Of a DNA stretch of 64,000 bases, positions 18,590-28,680 are shown in pieces. Under the pieces are notes generated by a model. The model was not told the origin of the DNA and made no database searches. It was given only the letters and a program-made list of their open reading frames with translations. Position numbers and translations under genes: made by a program. Origin of the DNA: Candidatus Omnitrophota bacterium (lineage in GTDB: Bacteria; Omnitrophota; Gorgyraeia; Gorgyraeales; Gorgyraeaceae); the NCBI GenBank assembly GCA_043821705.1, contig JBDRCN010000035.1, forward strand, positions 43,321 to 107,320. Direction: 5' to 3'. Numbering within the stretch: position 1 is the stretch's first letter; every line of letters begins with the position of its first letter.

Positions 18590-19903
18590 TCAAAAATATT
18601 CAGCAAAAAGTTGTTTTATCTTTAATATTAATCTACTGAAAATATTACGCGCATCATGCATTGATGAAGTCCTCTTCTTTGCATGCCTCCTTGCCTCTAA
18701 TCTAAAAAGACCAAGTGCACATGAAAAATCATCATCCTTCATATCATCTGCATTATATAATCTCCCCATCTCAATAGGAATCCCGAATATCTCTTCAACT
18801 GATTCTATAAACCCATCCATCTTAGAGACGCCCCCGATAATATTTGTATACGGTACCTTGCGCCTTTCCTTTAAAAAAGGCTCTATCTTTTTATACACAT
18901 CCTGCATTATGTCTTCTATCTTGGGTGATAAGAGATTTGATATCTCGCGCCTAGAGATAGCCCTGCTTTTAGTTTCAACCTCTGCTATATTGCTGTTATC
19001 TATACCTAAAGTAACATCCAGACCTTCAAGAACTTTCTTTTTATGCTCCCTATCTTTGATCGAAGGGATCAATACTTCAGTAGAATCATACATCTCCTGA
19101 TTGGACTTAGTGACGATCCCGTATTTTATCCTGAGTTCTTCTGCTTCTTCAAATAATATCCTTAATTTATCCTGGAGCACCTGGGTCAAATCGTCGCTGC
19201 CAAACGGGAAATAAAAACAATCTCTAAGTCTTGATTTATCAAAGAGAGCTACTTCTGTAACATCCTTTCCTACATCTATTAAAATAGCTCCTTCTTCTAA
19301 TCTCTTTTCGTCAAATATTGCAAGAGATGTTCCTCGTGCAGATGTTACTATGTCCTCCACTTCATAACCAGCTAAGTTAATTGCCTTTGTAAGGTTATGC
19401 AGTATGCTTACCAGTGATGTTATTATATTCAGGTCTACATCCAATTTGGAACCAAATAGGCCATGAGGATCATCTATCTCTAATTTATCATCAATATAGA
19501 ATTTCTCAGAGATGAGTTCAAGCACCTCTCTGTCGAGCGACATAGCTATAAGTCTAGCTGACTCGATACAGCGTGTGATATCCTCCTCAGTAATCTCACT
19601 GGGCCTATCTGATATATGGACAGAGCCCCTGCTCTTAAAGGTCCTTATATGTACTCCTGAGATATTCGCGATCACTTTTCTTATTTTTACATTAGCTTTG
19701 ATCTCAGCTTTATTGACAGTCTCTTCTATGGCATCTGACAAAAGACTTATATTAGTGACTACTCCTTTTGAAAAACCTTTTGTGGGGGATTTACAGTATG
19801 ACAGGATCTTTTCGCTCTTTAGATCAGGACTAGAAGCTTGAGCGATCAATGCCCTTATAAAAGAAGAACCTATATCTAGGCTACATATCACATCTTTATG
19901 CAT
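18590..19903 (-). CDS. ftsA: Cell division protein FtsA
   Basis: LDIGSS, KGVVTNI, actin-fold motifs, C-terminal amphipathic helix; follows ftsQ. Confidence 0.92.
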   Translation of the reverse strand: MHKDVICSLDIGSSFIRALIAQASSPDLKSEKILSYCKSPTKGFSKGVVTNISLLSDAIEETVNKAEIKANVKIRKVIANISGVHIRTFKSRGSVHISDRPSEITEEDITRCIESARLIAMSLDREVLELISEKFYIDDKLEIDDPHGLFGSKLDVDLNIITSLVSILHNLTKAINLAGYEVEDIVTSARGTSLAIFDEKRLEEGAILIDVGKDVTEVALFDKSRLRDCFYFPFGSDDLTQVLQDKLRILFEEAEELRIKYGIVTKSNQEMYDSTEVLIPSIKDREHKKKVLEGLDVTLGIDNSNIAEVETKSRAISRREISNLLSPKIEDIMQDVYKKIEPFLKERRKVPYTNIIGGVSKMDGFIESVEEIFGIPIEMGRLYNADDMKDDDFSCALGLFRLEARRHAKKRTSSMHDARNIFSRLILKIKQLFAEYF

Positions 19904-19914
19904 ATAGTACCAGG

Positions 19915-20745
19915 TTATTTATATCCGACTATCGGATCCTCAAAACGAAGATCGATGTATTTAAAATCATTGATATCCACGCCGATCTCATTAAGGACAG
20001 TTGCGAGTTTCGCAAGCCTGTCTCGAAAATCAGTATTACCTATCTTTATCTCGACTATTGCCTGGTCCAGAGAAAAAGAAACATTCCCAGGATCATTCAT
20101 ATCGACTAATTTTACCTTATATTTAGACAGGTCTTTATTTTCCGTTATATCATTTATAAGTTCCAATGCCTTGGCCAGCTTATCTTTTTCAAACTTAGCA
20201 AAATTAGGCCTGTCTACCTTAGCAAAATTCACGCCTATTCCTGCTATGATCGGAAGTTCTGGATCAGGAAAATTCCTCACGTCATTTAGCAACACACCTT
20301 CTCTATCTACTAGATAATATCTATCTGAGCGGATCTGCGCTACACTCTTCCTGAGTTCAGCCTTTACTATCAATTTATTGGGAAGAAGCCTTCTTATCAC
20401 AATATCTTTAAACTCAGGGTGATTAGATTCTATGTCCTTCTTCAATGCAGCCAGGTCCAAAAAGAAAATATTTTTTCCTATAATATCTCCATCGCTGATC
20501 TCGCTTAGCTGAAGATCCTTCAAGAAACTGCTTCCATCATGAAGTTTTATAGTACCTTCCTTTATAATAAAATAGTCTGAATCAATAAACATAAATTTTA
20601 TTCTTACAAGGCCTATCCCAATACCAGCTACTATAACTAGGGTTATTATAAACATTAAAAACCCTCTGATATTCAAAGATCTTTTCTTTCTAGTAGAACT
20701 GATCCTTTTTTTAAATTTTACTTTCTGGTTCTTTGGTTTTACCAT
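19915..20745 (-). CDS. ftsQ: Cell division protein FtsQ/DivIB
   Basis: Basic N-terminus, TM, POTRA-like segment, C-terminal YIDLRF. Confidence 0.9.
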   Translation of the reverse strand: MVKPKNQKVKFKKRISSTRKKRSLNIRGFLMFIITLVIVAGIGIGLVRIKFMFIDSDYFIIKEGTIKLHDGSSFLKDLQLSEISDGDIIGKNIFFLDLAALKKDIESNHPEFKDIVIRRLLPNKLIVKAELRKSVAQIRSDRYYLVDREGVLLNDVRNFPDPELPIIAGIGVNFAKVDRPNFAKFEKDKLAKALELINDITENKDLSKYKVKLVDMNDPGNVSFSLDQAIVEIKIGNTDFRDRLAKLATVLNEIGVDINDFKYIDLRFEDPIVGYK

Positions 20746-21677
20746 ATTGCTGACTCCAAGATCTTCAATGTTAGTTCTTCGAAATCGATCCCTGCTTCAT
20801 TAGCTGCCTTAGGCAATAAAGATGTCTCTGTCAACCCAGGTATAGTATTTACTTCCAATATATAAGGGATGTTATCCTTACTTAGTATTATGTCAACACG
20901 TGAAAAAAAACGCGCACCCAATGCCTTATGTGCTTTTAATGCTGCACTCTGGCATTCAGCATAAATACTATCATCAATCTTAGCAGGAGATATGTATTCA
21001 GTAAAACCTTTCTTGTACTTTGCCTCAAAATCAAAGAACTTATTCTTGGGTATTATCTCTACTATCGGCAAAGGAGTATCTCCCAAAATACCTACTGTGA
21101 TCTCTCGACCTACTATATATTCTTCTAGTATTACCTTATTGCTGTACTTAAACGCATCTTCCAGAGCACTATCCAGGCCTTCTTTTTTATCTACTATATA
21201 AAGACCGATACTGGATCCCTTATCATAGGGTTTTACTACTATAGGTAGGCCTAACTCTTCCAGATATTTATCAAATCCTTTATCCAGATCAGCTTTGGAT
21301 ATCTTTTTATAGCAAGGTGTTGGAATATTAGAAGCCTTAAATATCTCTTTTGATTCTATCTTATCCATACCTATCCTGGATGCATCCACCCTGCTGCCAG
21401 TATATGGTATATTCATGTCCTCAAGGATCCTTTGTATGCCTCCATCTTCTCCAAATTCTCCATGCAAAGCAATGAAAGCAATGTCTATGTTCGAAGACCT
21501 TATCTTTTCCTTTACTTCTTTTGCGTAATCAACATTGCAATTTACCTTATCCAGCTCTAAAGAGATCGCATTAATGCCTTTTTTTATTAATGCATTATAG
21601 ACCGCTCTCCCGGATCTTATAGAAATATCACTTTCAGGAGAAGGTCCCCCCATTAATATCCCAACTCTCTTCTTCAT
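20739..21677 (-). CDS. ddl: D-alanine--D-alanine ligase
   Basis: LHGEFGEDG, GSSIG, LEVNTIPG. Confidence 0.97.
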   Translation of the reverse strand: MKKRVGILMGGPSPESDISIRSGRAVYNALIKKGINAISLELDKVNCNVDYAKEVKEKIRSSNIDIAFIALHGEFGEDGGIQRILEDMNIPYTGSRVDASRIGMDKIESKEIFKASNIPTPCYKKISKADLDKGFDKYLEELGLPIVVKPYDKGSSIGLYIVDKKEGLDSALEDAFKYSNKVILEEYIVGREITVGILGDTPLPIVEIIPKNKFFDFEAKYKKGFTEYISPAKIDDSIYAECQSAALKAHKALGARFFSRVDIILSKDNIPYILEVNTIPGLTETSLLPKAANEAGIDFEELTLKILESAIW

Positions 21678-22555
21678 ATTATCTTCAACTCTAGCTCGAG
21701 GTCTATGTTGAATTTTTCTTTTACGCTTTTTTTAGCAAGCTCTATCAGCTCCAGTACATCTTTCGAGCTCGCATTGCCTCTATTCACTATAAAATTAGCA
21801 TGTTCTTCTGAGATCAGAGCATCACCTATACTATAACCTTTAAGGCCGCAATCTTCTATAAGACTGCCTGCGCTTTCTCCGCTGTCCGGGTTTTTAAAGA
21901 CACTGCCTGCTGAAGGATAAAAAAGTTTGTTCATCCATATCCTTCTTTCCCGAAAAGTATTTATCTTATCATCGATCTCTTTTTCACTGCCAGGATCTAA
22001 TCCTATCTTAGCACTAAGAACTATTTTTTCTGAAAGCCCAGATGACCTATATTTAAAAGGTATATCATCTTTTTTTAATATCTTTCGCTTCTTATTATTT
22101 AGGTCCAAGACCTCTACTTCTTCTATTATATCTTTTATCTCGATCCTGCCTTTTTCTCCTCCAGTATCCCTGACGCCTGCATTCATAAATACTGCACCGC
22201 CAAAAGACCCTGGTATGCCCAATAAAAATTCACATCCTGTAAGAGTTAGGTCCTTACATTGCGCTATTAGCTTTGACATAAGCACAGCTGAACCTACTTT
22301 TAAGGAATCTCCATGTCTTTCTATATAATTAAAATCGTCCCCTAGCTTTACGACGATACCATCGAATCCAGCATCACTAAAAAGTATATTGCTTCCATTC
22401 CCGATTACCTTTATATCCTTGTCCTCTTTTTTAGCTATATCTATAGCTTCCAGGAGGGCTTTATAGGTCACTGCTTCTACAAAACAAAATACAGGCCCAC
22501 CTATCTTAAAAGTCGTTGCATTATTCATTAATTTACCGTATTCGCACTTAAGCAT
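21674..22555 (-). CDS. murB: UDP-N-acetylenolpyruvoylglucosamine reductase
   Basis: GNGSNIL, GIPGSFGGAVFMNAG, SAGSVFKNP, HANF. Confidence 0.97.
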   Translation of the reverse strand: MLKCEYGKLMNNATTFKIGGPVFCFVEAVTYKALLEAIDIAKKEDKDIKVIGNGSNILFSDAGFDGIVVKLGDDFNYIERHGDSLKVGSAVLMSKLIAQCKDLTLTGCEFLLGIPGSFGGAVFMNAGVRDTGGEKGRIEIKDIIEEVEVLDLNNKKRKILKKDDIPFKYRSSGLSEKIVLSAKIGLDPGSEKEIDDKINTFRERRIWMNKLFYPSAGSVFKNPDSGESAGSLIEDCGLKGYSIGDALISEEHANFIVNRGNASSKDVLELIELAKKSVKEKFNIDLELELKII

Positions 22556-23930
22556 TGCCTGCCTTACCTCCCTCTAATGCCTTTACTATATCTTCAGGTA
22601 ATTCATCTATATCTCCTGCGCCCAGTATAAAAAGCGCGTCACCTGGCTTAATTACCCTCATAAGATGTTTTACTATATTTTGTTTTGATATAAAATTTAC
22701 ATCCTTATGTCCTGCCTTCTCCACACTGTTACATATATCGCGCGCAGTCACTCCATCTATTGGTTTCTCATGGGCTGAATAGATATCAGTTATCACGAGG
22801 TGATCTGCCATGTCAAAAGAAGTACTAAACTCTTCCTTTAGATATTTTGTCCTGGAATATCTATGCGGCTGGAACACAGCTATGATCCTCTTCCCAGAGT
22901 CTTCCATGCCTTTTAATGTAGCTTTTATCTCAGTAGGATGATGAGCATAGTCATCTATCACTACTATATCTGAATCAAGCCTTCTTACACTAAACCTCCT
23001 ATCAGCTCCTTTAAAATCAACTATTGCCTCTTTTATAGAAGAGAAATCCACTCCTAGATCCATTGAAAGGCCTATGGCAGCTAAGCTGTTCAATATATTA
23101 TGCTCACCTATTAAAGATATCTTTATAGCCCCTAATAGTTTTCCTTTAAGTATTAGATCAAACTCTGAACCTCCCAGTCCCAGGAGTTTTACATTAGTTG
23201 CCCTAATATCAGCATCCTCTGAAAAACCATAACTAAGAACTCTCTTTGAAGCTGAAGCAGCGATCTCCCTTAGATTCTTATCATCAATGCACACAAGGCT
23301 ACAGCCATAATCTCGGGTATTCTGGATAAATTGTTTATAGGAAGCTAGCACATTATCCATGCTTGAATAATAATCCATATGCTCCCTGTCGATATTAGTG
23401 GAGATAGTGTATAAAGGGTTTAATAATAGGAATGATCCATCTGACTCATCAGCTTCTGTCACCACTATGTCACCTTTTCCGTAATGCGCGTTCCCCCCCA
23501 GAAAAGAGACATCAGCTCCTATAAATACAGTAGGATCAAAATCTGCTTTAATAAGCAGGTACGCTATCAAGGATGTAGTAGTAGTCTTGCCATGAGTGCC
23601 TGAGACTGCAATAAGGTCCTTGTCCTTTAAAAGCATGTTGAGCGCTTCTATGCGTTTTAAGATAAATATCTTTTTTCTCTTTGCCTCTATGATCTCTGGG
23701 TTTGTCTCTTTTATGCATGATGAATAGACAACAAAATCCGCGTTCTTCACATTCACTGCATCATGCGATTCTTGAACATGTATGCCGAGTACCTCTAATC
23801 TAGCAGTTACCTTTGTCTTTTTTATATCAGATCCTTGGACATTATAACCATTGTAATGGAAGACCTCTGCTAATCCGCTCATCCCTGCTCCACCTATGCC
23901 GATAAAATGTATCGTAGCTTTCTTTTTCAC
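22548..23930 (-). CDS. murC: UDP-N-acetylmuramate--L-alanine ligase
   Basis: GIGGAGMS, GTHGKTTT, EADESD, DDYAHHPTE, FQPHRYSRT. Confidence 0.98.
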   Translation of the reverse strand: MKKKATIHFIGIGGAGMSGLAEVFHYNGYNVQGSDIKKTKVTARLEVLGIHVQESHDAVNVKNADFVVYSSCIKETNPEIIEAKRKKIFILKRIEALNMLLKDKDLIAVSGTHGKTTTTSLIAYLLIKADFDPTVFIGADVSFLGGNAHYGKGDIVVTEADESDGSFLLLNPLYTISTNIDREHMDYYSSMDNVLASYKQFIQNTRDYGCSLVCIDDKNLREIAASASKRVLSYGFSEDADIRATNVKLLGLGGSEFDLILKGKLLGAIKISLIGEHNILNSLAAIGLSMDLGVDFSSIKEAIVDFKGADRRFSVRRLDSDIVVIDDYAHHPTEIKATLKGMEDSGKRIIAVFQPHRYSRTKYLKEEFSTSFDMADHLVITDIYSAHEKPIDGVTARDICNSVEKAGHKDVNFISKQNIVKHLMRVIKPGDALFILGAGDIDELPEDIVKALEGGKAGNA

Positions 23931-24985
23931 CTAAGGATCTCCTCTACTAAGATTCTAGAGGCATCATTGCTGACTATACCAGCTTTTTTTGACATATCAT
24001 TTAATCTTCCTCTATCCATAAAACCAGTTAAGATGTCTACCAACTTCCTGGTAGTAATGCTTTTTTCTTCTATGATCACGCCGCTACCTATCTTTTCTAG
24101 TACTTTTGCATTATGTATCTGATGTCTATCCCCATATGGATAAGGAACTAATATCGCAGGTTTACCTAAATGCATGAGTTCTGAGATAGTTGTAGCACCT
24201 GCTCTCGCTACTACGAAATCACATTCATTATAAAGTTTATCTATTGCCTCTGTAAAGGATAAAACTCTACTTTTTATACCTTTCTCTTTATAATTTTTTG
24301 CAACAGATTCCCTGTCCTTTGCCCCTGATATGTGCACTAACTCTAAAGATCTTTTTTTCTCTTCGCCCATAAGGCCTATTGCCTCTGGTAAAAATCTATT
24401 TAGTGCGCTAGAACCTTGACTGCCTCCCATGATAAGTACCTTAAATATATCTTCTTTTTTCTCAAGGTCTTTAAGTAAAAGTATCTCTTTTCTTAGAATA
24501 TTCCCTGAAAAGATTATCTTTTTTTGCGAACACTTCAAATGCTTCCTGGTCTCAGGGAAACTTATAGCTACCCTTCCCACAAATCTGGCTAATATCTTAT
24601 TGGTCTTGCCAGGATACACGTTCTGCTCGTGTATCATGGTCTTTATCCTAAACAAACATGCTAGTAGTAAAACCGGGCCTGATACATAACCTCCAAACCC
24701 TACCACATAACTTGGCTTGATACGAAAAAGGAGTATTGCGGACCTGATCGTGCCTAATGTTAAGTAAAATAAAAAATCCAAGACTGATATTATGCCTTTA
24801 GAGCGTAGATTTTTAATAGGAAGAGTAAAAAACTTTATATTTTTATTTTCCAGGATATTAGAATCCTGCATACGAGAAGATGTCAGTATAAAAGGTTCAC
24901 TCCCTTTTAATAATATCTCTTCAGCTAATCTGATCGCTGGAAAAAGATGCCCTCCTGTACCCCCAGCAGCAATTATTACTCTCAT
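23927..24985 (-). CDS. murG: MurG glycosyltransferase
   Basis: GGTGGH, GGYVS, HEQN, GGSQG, RAGATT. Confidence 0.98.
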   Translation of the reverse strand: MRVIIAAGGTGGHLFPAIRLAEEILLKGSEPFILTSSRMQDSNILENKNIKFFTLPIKNLRSKGIISVLDFLFYLTLGTIRSAILLFRIKPSYVVGFGGYVSGPVLLLACLFRIKTMIHEQNVYPGKTNKILARFVGRVAISFPETRKHLKCSQKKIIFSGNILRKEILLLKDLEKKEDIFKVLIMGGSQGSSALNRFLPEAIGLMGEEKKRSLELVHISGAKDRESVAKNYKEKGIKSRVLSFTEAIDKLYNECDFVVARAGATTISELMHLGKPAILVPYPYGDRHQIHNAKVLEKIGSGVIIEEKSITTRKLVDILTGFMDRGRLNDMSKKAGIVSNDASRILVEEILR

Positions 24986-25000
24986 ATTAACTCCCTATCA

Positions 25001-25114
25001 AGTCACATGTCACACGAACCTGAAACCTGCTTGCCCTCCGAAGCCAGCCTATTGAACTACAATTCGCAAAGGCGTAGGAGGGTTACCTGTGACATGTGTC
25101 TTGTGTCCTGCGAC
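25001..25114. repeat. Inverted heptamer arrays with a nested mini-hairpin insert (25030-25082)
   Basis: agtcacatgtcaca...acctgaa acctg[cttgccctccgaagc...gcgtaggaggg]tt acctgtg acatgtg tcttgtg tcctgcg. Confidence 0.85.
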
Positions 25115-26217
25115 TACCTCTTTGCTATACTCAAAATAAGTGCCACACTGACCATATTCATTATCAGGGCTGTGCCTCCATAACTAATAAATGGTAAAGG
25201 CAGTCCCTTAGTAGGTATGGCACCTGTTGAAACAGCAATATTTATAATAGCCCTAAGCCCTATGTTCACTGTCAGGCCAAATGCAACAAGTTTACCAAAC
25301 ATATCTTTTGTAGTCGCTGATATTTTTATGCCCTGCCAGATAAATATACAAAATAAAAAAACCACACTTAGCGTGGCTACTAGGCCAAGCTCTTCCCCTA
25401 TTATTGAAAATATGAAATCAGTATGTGCCTGCGGAAGATAGAATAATTTCTGACGGCTACATCCAAGCCCGACCCCTAAAAGTCCGCCTGACCCCAATGC
25501 TAAGAAGGACTGTATGATCTGAAAACCTGCGTTCTGTGCATCATTCCATGGATCAAGGTATCCTATGATACGCCTTAATCTATATGGCACTTTGAAGATA
25601 AGAAAATAAAATGCTGGCAGAACCAATCCTATAAAAGGCAAAAAATACATCATATTCGCTCCAGCTGCAAACATCATAAGAACTGATACTGTTAAAAGCG
25701 TGACCGCAGTACCCAAGTCAGGCTGGAGCAGGACCAAAAACACTATAGAGCCAGATATCACTAATGGAGGCATGAACCCGTATAAAATGTTCTTGATAAA
25801 AAGTTCTTTTCTTTCCAGAAGGTCAGCTAGATACAGGATAAGACATAGACACGAGAGTTCTGATGGTTGAAATCCTATTGGACCGATCTTTATCCATCTT
25901 CTCGCGCCACCTGCTTCATGTCCTATACCTGGTAAAAATACCACTAATAAGCTTATTACTGAAAATGCAAGTAGCCACTTAGTATAATTTTTTATTCTTA
26001 GGTAATTGACCCTATATACCAATAAAAAAAGCACCAGCCCTACTGAAAAATTTATCAAATGTCTTTTCAGGTAAAATGCACTGTCATAAGAGTCCTCATA
26101 AGCATTACAGCTTGAAGCAGAATAGACCATAACAATACCAAGGCATATCAAGAGCATGGTCACTATCAATAATATGCTGGCATCCTTACTTAACGAGACT
26201 CTTTTAATCTCCTGCAT
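25114..26217 (-). CDS. ftsW: SEDS peptidoglycan polymerase FtsW
   Basis: GARRWI, FQPSE, QPDLGT, HTDFIF, LPFISYGG; between murD and murG. Confidence 0.96.
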   Translation of the reverse strand: MQEIKRVSLSKDASILLIVTMLLICLGIVMVYSASSCNAYEDSYDSAFYLKRHLINFSVGLVLFLLVYRVNYLRIKNYTKWLLAFSVISLLVVFLPGIGHEAGGARRWIKIGPIGFQPSELSCLCLILYLADLLERKELFIKNILYGFMPPLVISGSIVFLVLLQPDLGTAVTLLTVSVLMMFAAGANMMYFLPFIGLVLPAFYFLIFKVPYRLRRIIGYLDPWNDAQNAGFQIIQSFLALGSGGLLGVGLGCSRQKLFYLPQAHTDFIFSIIGEELGLVATLSVVFLFCIFIWQGIKISATTKDMFGKLVAFGLTVNIGLRAIINIAVSTGAIPTKGLPLPFISYGGTALIMNMVSVALILSIAKR

Positions 26218-27467
26218 AATTCCTTAAAAGACCTTCCTCTCTCTTCGTAATCTTTGAACATATCAAAACTTGAACATCCTGGTGAAAGCAAAACCTTGTC
26301 CCCTTTTCTTGATTCTTTTACTGCCTTATTGAATGCTTCTTCAAATGTCCTGCCTTCTATAATATTACTAAAGTTCTTTAGATCGCTCTTTATTCTTTCC
26401 TTAGCCTCTCCTATAGCAACAATAGATGATACTTTTTTTTCTAGATAAGGTTCTAGCCTGCTAAAATCTCCACCTTTATAACGTCCTCCTAAAATAAGGA
26501 CTATCTTTCCTTCCAGTGACTTTAATGCCCACTCGACACTCGAGATAGTAGTAGCCTTAGAATCATTGATGAACTGAACGCCATCCACAACTCTCACTTT
26601 CTCTAATCTATGTTCGATCCCATTAAACTCTTTGATGACCGCCAGCATGTCTTCCTCGTTCACTCCTTCATAAGATGCAATAGACATTGCAGCTTGAAAA
26701 TCCTCATTGTCTATGGATAACTTATTTCTAAAATCCAAATGATCATTGAAGAATTCGACCTTAGGCCCTGATACTTTCTCTCTGATGTCCTTTAATATCC
26801 TGTCCTTACTATTTAAAAACAATATATCTCCATCACGCTGATTAGAAAAGATCTTCATCTTTAAAGAAATGTATTCATCCATGTCTTTATGCCTATCCAA
26901 ATGATTTGTAGAAATATTTAATATTGCACTTACTTTAGGCCTAAAGTTATTTATCCACTCCAGCTGAAAAGAACTTACCTCAAGCACTACTATAGAATCC
27001 TTATCGAGCCCTTTTATCTCCCCGCTCAATGGGTTCCCGATATTTCCACATATACATGCTCGACGGCCAGCTTTTTTTAACATCCTCCCTATCAATGTAG
27101 TGACAGTGGTCTTCCCGCTAGTACCAGTTATAGCTATTATAGGTGCTGGACAATAGGAAAAAGCAAGTTCCAGTTCACTGACGACAGGGATATTTTTCTC
27201 TTGTGCTATCTTTATAGGAAGGGCTGTGTTTTTTACCCCAGGACTTACTACTACGAGGTCTATGTTTTCTGTAAATCTCTCTGTATGGCCACCAAATTCT
27301 ATATTCTCTTTTTTGACAATATTGTCTCTAATAAGAGGTCCTAAAAAAACTCTACTCTCATCTTCTTTTTTCACCTCAGTAATAAAGACCTGTCTACTAT
27401 GTTCTGCTAAAAGCCTTGCAGTAGACATACCACTTTTACCTAGTCCGACTACTAATGCATTTTTCAT
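26190..27467 (-). CDS. murD: UDP-MurNAc-L-Ala--D-Glu ligase
   Basis: GTSGKTT, LEVSSFQL, NDSKAT, LLSPGCSSFD. Confidence 0.98.
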   Translation of the reverse strand: MKNALVVGLGKSGMSTARLLAEHSRQVFITEVKKEDESRVFLGPLIRDNIVKKENIEFGGHTERFTENIDLVVVSPGVKNTALPIKIAQEKNIPVVSELELAFSYCPAPIIAITGTSGKTTVTTLIGRMLKKAGRRACICGNIGNPLSGEIKGLDKDSIVVLEVSSFQLEWINNFRPKVSAILNISTNHLDRHKDMDEYISLKMKIFSNQRDGDILFLNSKDRILKDIREKVSGPKVEFFNDHLDFRNKLSIDNEDFQAAMSIASYEGVNEEDMLAVIKEFNGIEHRLEKVRVVDGVQFINDSKATTISSVEWALKSLEGKIVLILGGRYKGGDFSRLEPYLEKKVSSIVAIGEAKERIKSDLKNFSNIIEGRTFEEAFNKAVKESRKGDKVLLSPGCSSFDMFKDYEERGRSFKELCRRLKESR

Positions 27468-27489
27468 ATCTTTAGATCCTTTGGTCCTA

Positions 27490-28587
27490 TTACCTTAACT
27501 TTAGAGTAGCAAAACTCAATAGTACCAATATTATTGCAACTATCCAGAATCTAACTGTTATCTTTGGCTCTGACCAACCCAGCATCTGGAAATGATGATG
27601 AAGCGGAGCTATCTTAAAAATACGCTTACCCGTGGTCCTAAAAGAGATTATCTGTAGAAGCACTGACAATGCTTCTACAACAAATATCCCGCCTACTAAA
27701 AACAAGACTATCTCTTTTTTTATAAAACAAGCTACTGTCCCGATCGCTCCTCCTAAAGACAGCGCTCCAGTATCTCCCATAAATATAGAAGCTGGAAAAG
27801 AGTTATACCATAAAAATCCAAGGCCTGCTCCTGCAATAGCAGCGCAAAAGACTGTCAGTTCTCCTGCCTGAGGATGATAATATATACCTAGATAATTTGC
27901 CATACTGAAATGTCCAGCTACATAACTCATGCCAGTATATGCTACAGCGGTCAAGACTATACAACCTACTGCTAGGCCATCCAGGCCATCAGTGATATTT
28001 ACTGCATTGCTGGATGCAGTTATCACTAATATGATAAAAGGTATATAAAGAATGCCCAGATTTATCGCTGATTCCTTTAAGAAAGGCATCTCTAGAATAG
28101 TATTTATACTTGGTTCCATGTAAATATAAAGTCCGATCAAAAAGCCTACTGTGACCTGAAAAAGAAGCTTAGTCCTTTTATTAAGACCTCTCTTGCTCTT
28201 TCCCGAAGCTGATAAAAGTTTTTTATAATCATCTATAAACCCTACCCCACCTAAAAAACCTGTCACCATAAGCGCTAAAAGCACAAATCCATTTTTCATA
28301 TCAGCCCAAAGGATGGTCGAGGTAAACACGCCTATCAACATCAATAGGCCTCCCATTGTAGGAGTACCTTTTTTATCCTTGTGCAGGGCATAAAGGTGTT
28401 CTACATGTTTCTGTCTTATGGTTTCACCGACTTTAAGTGCTTTAAGTTTATTTATAATAGGAGGGGCAAAGACTACTGTTATTAAAAAAGCTGTGATACT
28501 GCTAAAGGCAGCTCTAAAGGTAATGTATTTAAATACATTGAATCCAAAAAAGTATTCACGAAGGGGATAAAGTAAGTAATATAACAT
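27490..28587 (-). CDS. mraY: Phospho-N-acetylmuramoyl-pentapeptide transferase
   Basis: GTPTMGG, DDY, NITDGLDGLA, FMGDTG, APLHHHF. Confidence 0.99.
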   Translation of the reverse strand: MLYYLLYPLREYFFGFNVFKYITFRAAFSSITAFLITVVFAPPIINKLKALKVGETIRQKHVEHLYALHKDKKGTPTMGGLLMLIGVFTSTILWADMKNGFVLLALMVTGFLGGVGFIDDYKKLLSASGKSKRGLNKRTKLLFQVTVGFLIGLYIYMEPSINTILEMPFLKESAINLGILYIPFIILVITASSNAVNITDGLDGLAVGCIVLTAVAYTGMSYVAGHFSMANYLGIYYHPQAGELTVFCAAIAGAGLGFLWYNSFPASIFMGDTGALSLGGAIGTVACFIKKEIVLFLVGGIFVVEALSVLLQIISFRTTGKRIFKIAPLHHHFQMLGWSEPKITVRFWIVAIILVLLSFATLKLR

Positions 28588-28602
28588 GCTTAAAAATTCC
28601 TT

Positions 28603-28680
28603 TGGTCACAAGACACATCTACATGTTAATCAACATGTAGACACAAGTCACATGTGTTATGTGTCGTGTGTCATGTGTCT
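28603..28680. repeat. Head-to-head heptamer arrays with an inner hairpin
   Basis: ggtcaca agacaca [tctacatgtt-aatc-aacatgtaga] ...agtcaca then tgtgtta tgtgtcg tgtgtca tgtgtct. Confidence 0.85.

Noticed and set aside
2487-28680. CRISPR interpretation of the short arrays
   Set aside because: Units are 7 bp with no unique spacers, and there are no cas genes
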